44,789 nt of DNA, taken from NCBI GenBank assembly GCA_026989215.1, contig JALSJV010000298.1, positions 1-44,789 on the forward strand, written 5' to 3'. Position 1 is the first letter of the stretch. Every line of letters begins with the position of its first letter. A program made the translations under genes and the position numbers. This document shows, piece after piece, positions 35,310 to 44,789 of this stretch. Under the pieces are notes generated by a model, which was not told where the DNA came from, made no database searches, and saw only the letters and a list, made by a program, of their open reading frames with translations. Origin of the DNA: Acidimicrobiia bacterium (GTDB lineage Bacteria; Actinomycetota; Acidimicrobiia; Spongiisociales; ZC4RG35).

Positions 35310-36660
35310 GGGCGACGCGACCGCGATCCCCGAGGTCGCCGAGCTGTGCCGACGGCTCATCAGGAACGCCTGCGTCAACGACGGCAGCCCCGAGAGCGGA
35401 CAGGAGTGGCGCTCCACCGACACCCTGGCCGAGTATTTCGGGAGGGGAGGCGAGCCGTTCGAACCGGCACCCGGGAGGCGATCGGTCCTCTACCGGGTCC
35501 CCGGGCGTGATCCGGCCGCACCCCGGCTCATGCTGATGGGCCACACCGACGTCGTGCCGGTGAACGAAGAGAGCTGGTCGGTCGATCCCTTCGGCGGGGA
35601 GATCGTCGACGGCTTCCTCTGGGGGCGCGGGGCCGTCGACATGCTGAACCTCACCGCGGCGATGGCCGTCGTCTTCAAGCCCTACCTGACCGGTGAGCGG
35701 GATCCACTTCCGGGAGACCTCTTGTACCTGGCGGTGGCGGACGAAGAGGCGGCGGGTCGTCTCGGCGCCCAGCCCCTGGTGGCGGAGCGGTGGGATCTGG
35801 TCGGCTGTGAGTACCTTCTGACCGAGATCGCCTACCCGCCCCTCGACGTCGGCGAGGAGCGGGGCTATCCGGTCTCGGTGGGGGAGAAGGGTCCCTTCTG
35901 GACGGCGCTGCGGACGTCGGGCACTCCCGGACACGGGAGCCAGCCCTTCGGACGGGAGAACGCCTTGGCCGCCCTCACCGAGGGTGTCGCCGGGCTCTTC
36001 CACACCCCAGCCCCGGTGGCGATCACCCCGATCTGGGAGGAGTTCGTCAGGTCGCTCGGGCTCCCCCCGGACCAGGTCGAAGCTCTCTGCGACCCGGACC
36101 GCGTCGATGCCGAGATCGAGCGGCTCGCGGCGACGGACGTACGCTGGGCCTCGTACGTCCATGCCTGCACCCACATGACGGTGAGCCCGAACGTCGTCCG
36201 GGGCGGGACCAAGGCCAACGTGATCCCCGACCGGGCGGAGGCGGAGGTGGACGTCCGTGCCCTGCCGGGGATGGACCGAGAGGATGTGGACCAGCATCTC
36301 CGCAAGGCGATGGGCTCGGCCGGAGCGCGCATCGAGCTGGTCCCGGTCGCCGACCACGTCGCCAACTGGTCGCCCCGTCCCAATCCCCTGTGGGAGGCGG
36401 TGGTGGACGCCACCGAAGACCTCACCGGATCCCGCAACGTGGTGCCGACCCTGATGCCCGCCACGACCGACGCCCGCTTCTTCCGGGACCGGGGGACGAT
36501 CGCCTACGGCGCCGGGCTGTTCGACACCTCGATCCGGTTCGCAGATTTCCTCGCCATGTTCCACGGGAACGACGAACGGATCTCCATCGCCTCCCTCGAG
36601 CTGACCGTCGCATTCCTCGACCGGACGCTCCAGCGGTTCGCGGAGGCGGTCGGAGGATGA
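35299..36660 (+). CDS. M20/M25/M40 family metallo-hydrolase
   Basis: GHTDVVP, GRGAVDM, ADEEA, GHGS, TDARFF and FHGNDER. Confidence 0.93.
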   Translation: MVGEGDATAIPEVAELCRRLIRNACVNDGSPESGQEWRSTDTLAEYFGRGGEPFEPAPGRRSVLYRVPGRDPAAPRLMLMGHTDVVPVNEESWSVDPFGGEIVDGFLWGRGAVDMLNLTAAMAVVFKPYLTGERDPLPGDLLYLAVADEEAAGRLGAQPLVAERWDLVGCEYLLTEIAYPPLDVGEERGYPVSVGEKGPFWTALRTSGTPGHGSQPFGRENALAALTEGVAGLFHTPAPVAITPIWEEFVRSLGLPPDQVEALCDPDRVDAEIERLAATDVRWASYVHACTHMTVSPNVVRGGTKANVIPDRAEAEVDVRALPGMDREDVDQHLRKAMGSAGARIELVPVADHVANWSPRPNPLWEAVVDATEDLTGSRNVVPTLMPATTDARFFRDRGTIAYGAGLFDTSIRFADFLAMFHGNDERISIASLELTVAFLDRTLQRFAEAVGG

Positions 36661-37415
36661 CCGGCACCGTCGTCTGCGACCTCGACGGGGTCGTCTACCG
36701 GGGAGGTCGGGCCGTCGACGGAGCGGGCGAGGCCCTGGCGGAGCTCGAGCGTCGGGGCTGGCGCATCCTGTTCTGCACCAACAACTCCACCCGCACCCGG
36801 GCTGCGGTCGCCCGGCGGATCGCCGAGCTGGCCGGGTATCCGGCGCGGGTCGACCAGGTCGTGGGTTCGGCCGAGGCGGCCGCCGCCCTCCTCGCCGCGC
36901 AGCGGCCGCCGACCTACGTCCTCGGCGGCGACGGGATCCGCGAGGCCCTCCGGGCGGCGAAGATCCCCGAGGTCGCCGACGCCGAGGGGGCGGAGGCGGT
37001 CGTGGTCGGGTTGGCCACCGACTGCGACTACGCCGCCCTGGCGACCGCCGCCTCCGCGGTCCGAAGAGGTGCGCGGTTCGTCGCCACCAACGCCGACCCG
37101 ACCTTCCCGGCCGAGGAGGAGTTGCTGCCCGGCGCCGGTGCGATCCTGGCGGCGGTGGAGACGGCGGCCGGATGTCGGGCGGAGGTGGCGGGAAAACCCC
37201 ACGATCCGATCCGGCGCCTCCTCCGGAGCCGGGTGGGACCGGGGCCCGTCTGGGTGGTGGGGGACCGTGAGGACACCGACCTGGAGCTGGCTCGGGCCGA
37301 GGGCTGGACGGCGGTGCTCGTCCTCACGGGAGCGACCTCCCGACCCGACGAGCTGGTGAGGCCGGCCGACCTGGTCCTCGACTCGTTGGCGGCCCTCGCC
37401 GATCACATCGGGTAG
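36657..37415 (+). CDS. HAD-IIA family hydrolase (NagD-like)
   Basis: DLDGVVY, TNNS, ATNAD, PGAGA, GKP and VGDREDTD. Confidence 0.92.
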   Translation: MTGTVVCDLDGVVYRGGRAVDGAGEALAELERRGWRILFCTNNSTRTRAAVARRIAELAGYPARVDQVVGSAEAAAALLAAQRPPTYVLGGDGIREALRAAKIPEVADAEGAEAVVVGLATDCDYAALATAASAVRRGARFVATNADPTFPAEEELLPGAGAILAAVETAAGCRAEVAGKPHDPIRRLLRSRVGPGPVWVVGDREDTDLELARAEGWTAVLVLTGATSRPDELVRPADLVLDSLAALADHIG

Positions 37416-38143
37416 AGCCGGGTCCTGGTTCGACGTGTTCGAGCGAGGAACCGCCGTCGATGCAGCGCCACGTAGACCATCCCGGCGAGGAACCCCGCCA
37501 CATGGGCCTCCCAGGCGATGTTCGTCTCCGCTCCGGCGAGGAGGAACTGCCCGACCAGCCAGAAGATCAGGAAGGTGGCCGCGGGGAGCACGAAGGGGAG
37601 GAAGAAGAAAGGCGGGACGATCGTCACCACCTCGGCGGTCGGATAGAGGATCAGGTAGGCCCCCATCACCCCGGCGATCGCTCCCGAAGCCCCGACGACG
37701 GGGATCGTCGATCCGGGGTTGAGGAGGATGTGGCCGAAGGCGGCGACGATTCCGGTCCCCAGGTAGAAGAGGAGGTACCGGACGTGCCCGAGGGCGTCCT
37801 CCACGTTGTTGCCGAAGATCGCCAGCACCCACAGGTTCCCGAAGAGGTGGGCGAGGCCTCCGTGGAAGAAGATCGACGCCACCACCGCCCAGAACACGTT
37901 CTTGTCGGGGAAGACGGGGGTCCCGGCCTCGGCCGAGCAACGCCCGGTGCGGATCTCGTCGATGCTGAGGGGCTCCCCGGTCAGGACCTCACAGGGGATG
38001 GCGGCCTCGGCGTACAGGAATCGTTCTCCGGCGTCGGGTGCGGAGGGCTGGACGAAGAAGAAGACGTAGACGGCCGCGGCGATGATGAGATAGGTCACCA
38101 CCGGGGTACGCACCGACGGGTTGACATCGCGGATCGGGAGCAC
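37403..38143 (-). CDS. Rhomboid family intramembrane serine protease
   Basis: LPIRDVNP start, FFHGGLAHLFGN, FGNNVED, GASGAIAG (catalytic Ser) and AWEAHVAGF (His). Confidence 0.93.
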   Translation of the reverse strand: MLPIRDVNPSVRTPVVTYLIIAAAVYVFFFVQPSAPDAGERFLYAEAAIPCEVLTGEPLSIDEIRTGRCSAEAGTPVFPDKNVFWAVVASIFFHGGLAHLFGNLWVLAIFGNNVEDALGHVRYLLFYLGTGIVAAFGHILLNPGSTIPVVGASGAIAGVMGAYLILYPTAEVVTIVPPFFFLPFVLPAATFLIFWLVGQFLLAGAETNIAWEAHVAGFLAGMVYVALHRRRFLARTRRTRTRLYPM

Positions 38144-38180
38144 GACGCGCTCGCAGGGTTCGGGGAGCGATAATGGCGGC

Positions 38181-38363
38181 ATGGATACTACGCAGCGAGA
38201 AGACGCCGTGGAACGGCGACCCGTCGACGAGGGATCCGACGAGGGTCCCGCGCTGGAGGCCGAGATCGACGCCATCGCCGACCTCGATCCCGTCGAGGCG
38301 GAGGAGCGGGTCACCCTCCTGACGTCCCGGCTCGCCGACCTCCTCGACGGAGGCGACGGCTGA
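38181..38363 (+). CDS. Small acidic hypothetical protein (60 aa)
   Basis: GATAAT 6 nt upstream; good codon usage; sits where a small gene usually lies between HAD-IIA and tlyA/NAD kinase in actinobacteria. Confidence 0.6.
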   Translation: MDTTQREDAVERRPVDEGSDEGPALEAEIDAIADLDPVEAEERVTLLTSRLADLLDGGDG

Positions 38364-38437
38364 AGTCGTCACCGACGTCGGGTACGGTGGGATCGCCCGA
38401 GCCGCGAGGGGCTCGCCTCGTCTCTGCCATGGAGCGA

Positions 38438-38471
38438 CCATGAAACTGGGTGTCCCATGAAACTGGGTGTC
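38438..38471 (+). repeat. Perfect 17-nt tandem duplication spanning the NAD kinase start codon
   Basis: CCATGAAACTGGGTGTC twice (38438-38454, 38455-38471). Confidence 0.95.
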
Positions 38472-39272
38472 ATCGTCAACGAGGAGCGGCCGGCGGCGCT
38501 CGCCTTCGCCGATCGGCTCCTCACCGCCGCCGGTCGACGTGGGCTGGCCGTCGTCACCGAGGGGGAAGCGGTGCCCGGTGACGACTGGCGCGGGGAGCAG
38601 GTCGACGTGGTGATCGCCGTCGGCGGGGACGGGACGGTCCTCCGTGCCACCCAACGGGCTCTCGAACTCGACGTGCCGGTCCTGGGGTTCAACCTCGGCA
38701 CGGTCGGGTTCCTCGCCGAGGCCGAACCGGAGGATCTCGAATCGGTGCTCGATCGTCTCGCCGAGGGTGCGATCCGGGTGATCCCCCGGATGACCCTGGA
38801 GGCGACCACGTCGGAGGGAGTCGTCGGGTACGGGGTGAACGACGTGGTGATCGAGAAGATCGAGAGCCAGCGCCTGGTGGCCCTCGACGTGACGATCGAC
38901 GGGAGCGAGTTCCTCACCTACCGGGCGGACGGGGTCGTCATCGCCACCCCCACGGGGTCGACGGCCTACTCGTTCTCGGCAGGCGGGCCCCTCATCGACC
39001 CCGAGATCGAGGCGATCAGCGTCACCGCCGTCGCCCCCCACGCGCTCTTCGATCGCACGATCGTCCTGGCACCGTCGGCGCGTCTCCGCTGCAGGGTCGT
39101 CGCCGACCGTCCGGTGCAGGTCAGCGTCGACGGACGGGCATTGGGCCATCTCGGCGCCGACGGATGGGTCGATGTCCGGCGGGCGTCACGGGCCGTCGGG
39201 TTCGTCACCTTCGACCACGAGACGTTCCCTCGACGGGTGCGCGACCGTCTGGGGCTGGGCAATGCTGGATGA
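38457..39272 (+). CDS. ppnK: NAD(+) kinase
   Basis: GGDGT, GFNLGTVGFL, VNDVV and DGVVIATPTGSTAYSFSAGGP. Confidence 0.95.
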   Translation: MKLGVIVNEERPAALAFADRLLTAAGRRGLAVVTEGEAVPGDDWRGEQVDVVIAVGGDGTVLRATQRALELDVPVLGFNLGTVGFLAEAEPEDLESVLDRLAEGAIRVIPRMTLEATTSEGVVGYGVNDVVIEKIESQRLVALDVTIDGSEFLTYRADGVVIATPTGSTAYSFSAGGPLIDPEIEAISVTAVAPHALFDRTIVLAPSARLRCRVVADRPVQVSVDGRALGHLGADGWVDVRRASRAVGFVTFDHETFPRRVRDRLGLGNAG

Positions 39273-40854
39273 GCTGATCGTCTCCAATCTGGGGGTGATC
39301 CGTCACGCCCGGCTCTGCCCCGGCCGGGGCCTGGTGGTGATCACCGGCGAGACGGGGGCGGGGAAGACCTTGTTGCTGGGTGCGCTGCGGCTCCTCACCG
39401 GCTCCACGGCTCGGCTCGATCTCGTCGGTCCCTTCGGAGAGGAGGCGGTCGTCGAAGGGCGCTTCGTCATCGGCGACCGAGAGGTCGCCGCGTCGAGGCG
39501 GATGACGAGCGAGCGGAGCCGTGCGTACCTCGACGGCCACGTCGTCTCCGCCGCCGCCCTGGCGGAGGCCACGTCCGGCCTCACCGAGATCGTGGCCCAG
39601 CACGACCAGGTGATCCTCGCCCGACCGGCGTCGTTGCGGCGGCTCCTCGACCGCCGTCTCGACGGGACGGGGAGGAAGCTGCGGGAGGAGTTCGAGGAGG
39701 CGTGGTCGGAGCTGACGACGGCTCGTGCCCGAGCGGAGGCGTTGGGGGGCGATCGGACCGCACTGGAACGGGAGCTCGACGTCGTCCGTCACCAGGCATC
39801 CGAGATCGAGCAGGCGGGTTTCACCTTCGGCGACGACGAGCGGCTGGAGACCGAGGCTCGGCGTCTGCGCCACGCCGCCGAGCTGCTGGAGGGTCTGGCC
39901 GAGGTGCGGCAGGTGATCGAGCAGGCGGAGGAGGCCCTCGCCGAGGCGATCGGGCACACCCGTCGACTGGCCCGACTCGACTCGACGCTGGGGGAGCTGG
40001 CCGGATACCTGGAGGGGGCGGAGGCCCAGGCGGCGGAGGCGGCGGCGGCGGTTCGCGCCCACGCCGAGGAGCTCGATCTGGACCCCGAACGCGCCGAGGA
40101 GCTGGAACGTCGGCTCCAACTCCTCGGGGACCTCCGTCGGAGATACGGACCGACCCTGCAGGACGTGCTGGACTTCGGCGTCCGGGCCGCCTCCCGAGCC
40201 GACGAGCTCGAGAGGCTGCTCACCCGGGCCGACGCCATCGCCGACGAGCTCGCTGCGGCCGAGCGCCGAGTGGACCAGGTGGGGGCCCGACTTCGGGAGG
40301 CCCGAGCCGCCGCCGCGGTTCGCCTCGTCGAGGATGCCGTCCTCCACCTGAGGGACCTCGGGTTCGGCGACCCCATCCTCCAGATCGCGGTGGAGGAGGC
40401 AGAGCCGGCTCCGACCGGTGCGGACCGTCCGCGGTTGGTGTTCGCCTCCGACCGTCGGCTGGAGGCGGGTGACGTCGGTCGGGTCGCGTCGGGCGGTGAG
40501 CTGAGCCGCCTCGTCCTGGCCCTCCGCCTGGCCGGAGGCCTCGCCGACGCTCCGACGGTGATCTTCGACGAGGTGGACGCCGGGGTCGGAGGCGCCACCG
40601 CGCTCGCCGTCGGCAAGAAACTGGCCGCCGTCTCCGAGACGGTGGACCAGGTCCTGGTCGTCACCCACCTTCCGCAGATCGCGGCCTTCGCCGATCGTCA
40701 CTACGTCGTGGAGCGGGACGGGAACGAGGCGACCGTTCGCCTCGTCACCGGGGAGGCGCGGCTGGGAGAGCTGACCCGCATGCTCGCCGGGCTCCCGGAC
40801 AGTGGGCACGGACGGGAGGCCGCAGCCGAACTCCTCGCCCTGGCAGGCCGCTGA
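39262..40854 (+). CDS. recN: DNA repair protein RecN
   Basis: ITGETGAGKT, coiled coil, ASGGELSR, IFDEVDAGVGG, VTHLPQIAA and ELTRML. Confidence 0.95.
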   Translation: MLDELIVSNLGVIRHARLCPGRGLVVITGETGAGKTLLLGALRLLTGSTARLDLVGPFGEEAVVEGRFVIGDREVAASRRMTSERSRAYLDGHVVSAAALAEATSGLTEIVAQHDQVILARPASLRRLLDRRLDGTGRKLREEFEEAWSELTTARARAEALGGDRTALERELDVVRHQASEIEQAGFTFGDDERLETEARRLRHAAELLEGLAEVRQVIEQAEEALAEAIGHTRRLARLDSTLGELAGYLEGAEAQAAEAAAAVRAHAEELDLDPERAEELERRLQLLGDLRRRYGPTLQDVLDFGVRAASRADELERLLTRADAIADELAAAERRVDQVGARLREARAAAAVRLVEDAVLHLRDLGFGDPILQIAVEEAEPAPTGADRPRLVFASDRRLEAGDVGRVASGGELSRLVLALRLAGGLADAPTVIFDEVDAGVGGATALAVGKKLAAVSETVDQVLVVTHLPQIAAFADRHYVVERDGNEATVRLVTGEARLGELTRMLAGLPDSGHGREAAAELLALAGR

Positions 40855-40931
40855 GGGGGCGACGGCGATAGGCTCACGATCAACCGACGATCGAGCACCG
40901 AGGCGAGGTACACCCGAGTCAGGAGTCGTCC

Positions 40932-41711
40932 ATGCAGAACGTCCGTGTCGCCCACGAGCCCCCCGTCACGACGATCACCCTGGATCGTCCCGAACGACGC
41001 AATGCTCTCAGCCTGCAGATGATGCAAGAGCTCACCGACGCCCTCCGGTCGGTGCCCGCCGACTCCCAGGTCGTGGTGCTGCGGGCCGAGGGCCCGGCCT
41101 TCTCGGCCGGCCACGACCTCTCGGAGATGATCGGGCGTGATCCCTCCTTCTACCAGCGTCTCTTCGACGTGTGCACGGTGATGATGGAGACGATCCACCG
41201 GATCCCCCAGCCGGTGATCGCCCGCGTCCACGGGGTCGCCACCGCCGCCGGATGCCAGCTCGTCGCCTCCTGCGATCTCGTGGTGGCCGCAGCGTCCGCC
41301 ACCTTCGCGACGCCCGGCGTGAAGATCGGTCTGTTCTGCTCGACCCCGATGGTCCCGATCTCACGGGCGGTGGGGCGCAAACGCGCCCTCGAGATGCTGC
41401 TGACGGGCGAACCGATCTCGGCGGAGACGGCGCAGGCCTGGGGCCTCGTGAACCGGGTCGTGCCGGTCGACGAACTCGACGACGAGATCGAGCGACTCAT
41501 CTCCCAGATCACCCGATACAGCCCCACGATCATCGGGATCGGCAAGGAGGCGTTCTACTCCCAGATCGAGTTGGACGAGCACCGGGCCTACGACCTCACC
41601 AAGGCGGTCATGTCGTCCAACGCATCCCACGTCGACGCCCAGGAGGGGATGTGTGCGTTCTTGGAGAAACGGGCACCCACATGGCAGTCGCGGACTCGAG
41701 AGGAGGTCTGA
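40932..41711 (+). CDS. Enoyl-CoA hydratase/crotonase family protein (ECHDC3-like subgroup)
   Basis: FSAGHDL, ATAAGCQLVASCD, FATPGVKIGLFCSTP and EMLLTG; AGGAG site; TAGGCT -10 at 40869. Confidence 0.92.
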   Translation: MQNVRVAHEPPVTTITLDRPERRNALSLQMMQELTDALRSVPADSQVVVLRAEGPAFSAGHDLSEMIGRDPSFYQRLFDVCTVMMETIHRIPQPVIARVHGVATAAGCQLVASCDLVVAAASATFATPGVKIGLFCSTPMVPISRAVGRKRALEMLLTGEPISAETAQAWGLVNRVVPVDELDDEIERLISQITRYSPTIIGIGKEAFYSQIELDEHRAYDLTKAVMSSNASHVDAQEGMCAFLEKRAPTWQSRTREEV

Positions 41712-41712
41712 C

Positions 41713-43311
41713 ATGGCACGGGTCGACATCACGCCGCTCACACCGTTGCTGTTCCTCGAGCGGAGCGCCGAGGTGTTCCCCGACCGCACCGCCATCGTGT
41801 ACGGCGACCGGAGACTCACCTACCGCGAGATGGCGGAGGAGGCGACACGGCTGGCGAACGCCCTGGAGGCGTCCGGGATCTCCTCGGGCGACCGGGTCGC
41901 CTACCTGCTCCCCAACCTCCCGGAGATGCTCATCGCCCATTTCGGGGTGCCTCTGGCCCAGGCGGTGCTCGTCGCCATCAACACCCGGCTGTCGGGACCG
42001 GAGATCGAGTACATCCTCGGCCATTCCGGAGCCCGGATCCTGGTGGTGGACTCGGAGCTGTACCCGGTGGTGGCCGACCACCTGGGTTCCTGTCCCGCGC
42101 TCGCCGAGGTGGTGGTGGTGGACGACGTGGGTCGGGGGACGGCGGAGGGGACGATCGCCTACGGCGATCTGCTCGCCCGAGGGGACGCCTCACCGCGGCC
42201 GTGGCGGGTTCCCGACGAGCTCCAGCCGATCTCCATCAACTACACGTCGGGCACCACCGGGCGTCCCAAGGGCGTCATGTACACCCACCGGGGCGCCCAC
42301 CTCAACGCCCTCGGGGAGGTGATCCACTCCCACCACGACACCGACTCCGTCTACCTGTGGACGCTGCCGATGTTCCACTGCAACGGGTGGTGCACCACCT
42401 GGGGGGTGACGGCGGTGGGTGGACGCCACGTCTGTCTCCGGACGGTGGACCCGGGGTTGGTGTGGAAGCTGATCCGTACCGAGGGCGTCACCCACCTCAA
42501 CGCGGCGCCGACGGTCCTCATCTCGCTGGCGAACCATCCCGATGCCGCACCGGTGGAGGGCGGCCTCACCGTCACGACCGCCGGTGCCCCACCGAGCCCC
42601 ACCATCATCGCCCAGATGGAGGAGCTCGGGGCGAGGATCGTCCACGTCTACGGGCTCACCGAGACCTATGGGCCCTACACCGTCTGCGAATGGCAGGACG
42701 GCTGGGTGCGTCTCGACCCTTCCGAGCGGGCACGGCTGCTGGCCCGCCAGGGGGTGGCCTTCATCGGTGCCGACCCCATCAGGGTCGTCGACGAGCAGAT
42801 GCGCGACGTGCCGAGGGACGGGGCCACCATGGGCGAGGTCGTCATGCGGGGCAACAACGTGATGGCGGGGTACTACGCCGACCCCGAGGCGACCGAGCGG
42901 GCGTTCCGCGGCGGCTGGTTCCACTCGGGCGACCTCGCCGTCTGGCATCCCGACGGCTACATCGAGCTGCGGGATCGGGCGAAGGACATCATCATCTCCG
43001 GAGGTGAGAACATCTCCACGATCGAGGTGGAGCAGGCGGTGATGTCGCATCCGGCGGTGCTCGAGGCGGCGGTGGTGGCGATGCCCCACGACCATTGGGG
43101 CGAGCGACCCAAGGCGTTCGTGGTGTTGAAGCCGGGGCGTTCGGCGGAGCCGGACGACATCATCGCCCATGTGCGGGATCGGATCGCCCATTTCAAGGCG
43201 CCCGACGAGGTGGAGATCGTGGAGGAGCTCCCCAAGACCTCCACCGGGAAGATCCAGAAGTACGTCCTTCGGGAGCAGGTCTGGGAGGGCCGGGAGAAGC
43301 GGATCAACTGA
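41713..43311 (+). CDS. Acyl-CoA synthetase (AMP-forming)
   Basis: TPLTPLLFLER, YTSGTTGRPKG, PMFHCNGW, YGLTETY, DRAKDIIISGGENIS and PKTSTGKIQK. Confidence 0.95.
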   Translation: MARVDITPLTPLLFLERSAEVFPDRTAIVYGDRRLTYREMAEEATRLANALEASGISSGDRVAYLLPNLPEMLIAHFGVPLAQAVLVAINTRLSGPEIEYILGHSGARILVVDSELYPVVADHLGSCPALAEVVVVDDVGRGTAEGTIAYGDLLARGDASPRPWRVPDELQPISINYTSGTTGRPKGVMYTHRGAHLNALGEVIHSHHDTDSVYLWTLPMFHCNGWCTTWGVTAVGGRHVCLRTVDPGLVWKLIRTEGVTHLNAAPTVLISLANHPDAAPVEGGLTVTTAGAPPSPTIIAQMEELGARIVHVYGLTETYGPYTVCEWQDGWVRLDPSERARLLARQGVAFIGADPIRVVDEQMRDVPRDGATMGEVVMRGNNVMAGYYADPEATERAFRGGWFHSGDLAVWHPDGYIELRDRAKDIIISGGENISTIEVEQAVMSHPAVLEAAVVAMPHDHWGERPKAFVVLKPGRSAEPDDIIAHVRDRIAHFKAPDEVEIVEELPKTSTGKIQKYVLREQVWEGREKRIN

Positions 43312-43352
43312 GCTCGGATCCCCGGGTCCGTTCCCGGACCGTGCTACGGTGA

Positions 43353-44789
<1,437 letters not shown>

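Noticed and set aside
38181-38363. Small acidic ORF as a second Pup
   Set aside because: Ends in GGDG rather than GGE/GGQ and lacks the LLDEIDxVLE-FV-YVQK motif.
43325-43340. Hairpin GGTCCG-TTCC-CGGACC as a pyrG attenuator
   Set aside because: It lies upstream of the likely -10 (TACGGT, 43345), has no U-tract, and 6-bp GC stems arise easily by chance.

Overview
High-GC actinobacterial chromosome segment; gene content and small-protein style suggest class Acidimicrobiia (inference). It is almost fully coding and mostly on the + strand. Order: uvrA 3' end; a cell-envelope glycopolymer cluster (two GT87-like enzymes, an MBOAT plus SGNH O-acylation pair, an AZOBR_p60025-like membrane protein, UDP-glucuronate decarboxylase, a SAM methyltransferase); uvrC-rapZ-yvcK-pgk-tpiA-gpmA-secG-tRNA-Leu(GAG), without whiA and gap; an MFS transporter and small membrane proteins; a 31-aa mini-protein coupled to a ubiquitin-like sulfur carrier-ttuA-trmI operon; a ferredoxin; a complete Pup-proteasome locus (arc, dop, pup, prcB, prcA, pafA, pafB, pafC); a Zn-ribbon protein, tatB-like, tatC, helY and a lipid kinase; a DUF4193-ppm1-GNAT-NUDIX-M20-HAD operon; a rhomboid protease; NAD kinase, recN, a crotonase plus acyl-CoA ligase; and the 5' part of pyrG. 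No mobile element or CRISPR array was seen. The most interesting unexplained signal is four sigma28/FliA/WhiG-like promoter motifs: three in the glycopolymer cluster and one before the Zn-ribbon gene, suggesting an alternative-sigma surface-glycosylation regulon. All assignments come from reading motifs by eye; no searches were run.
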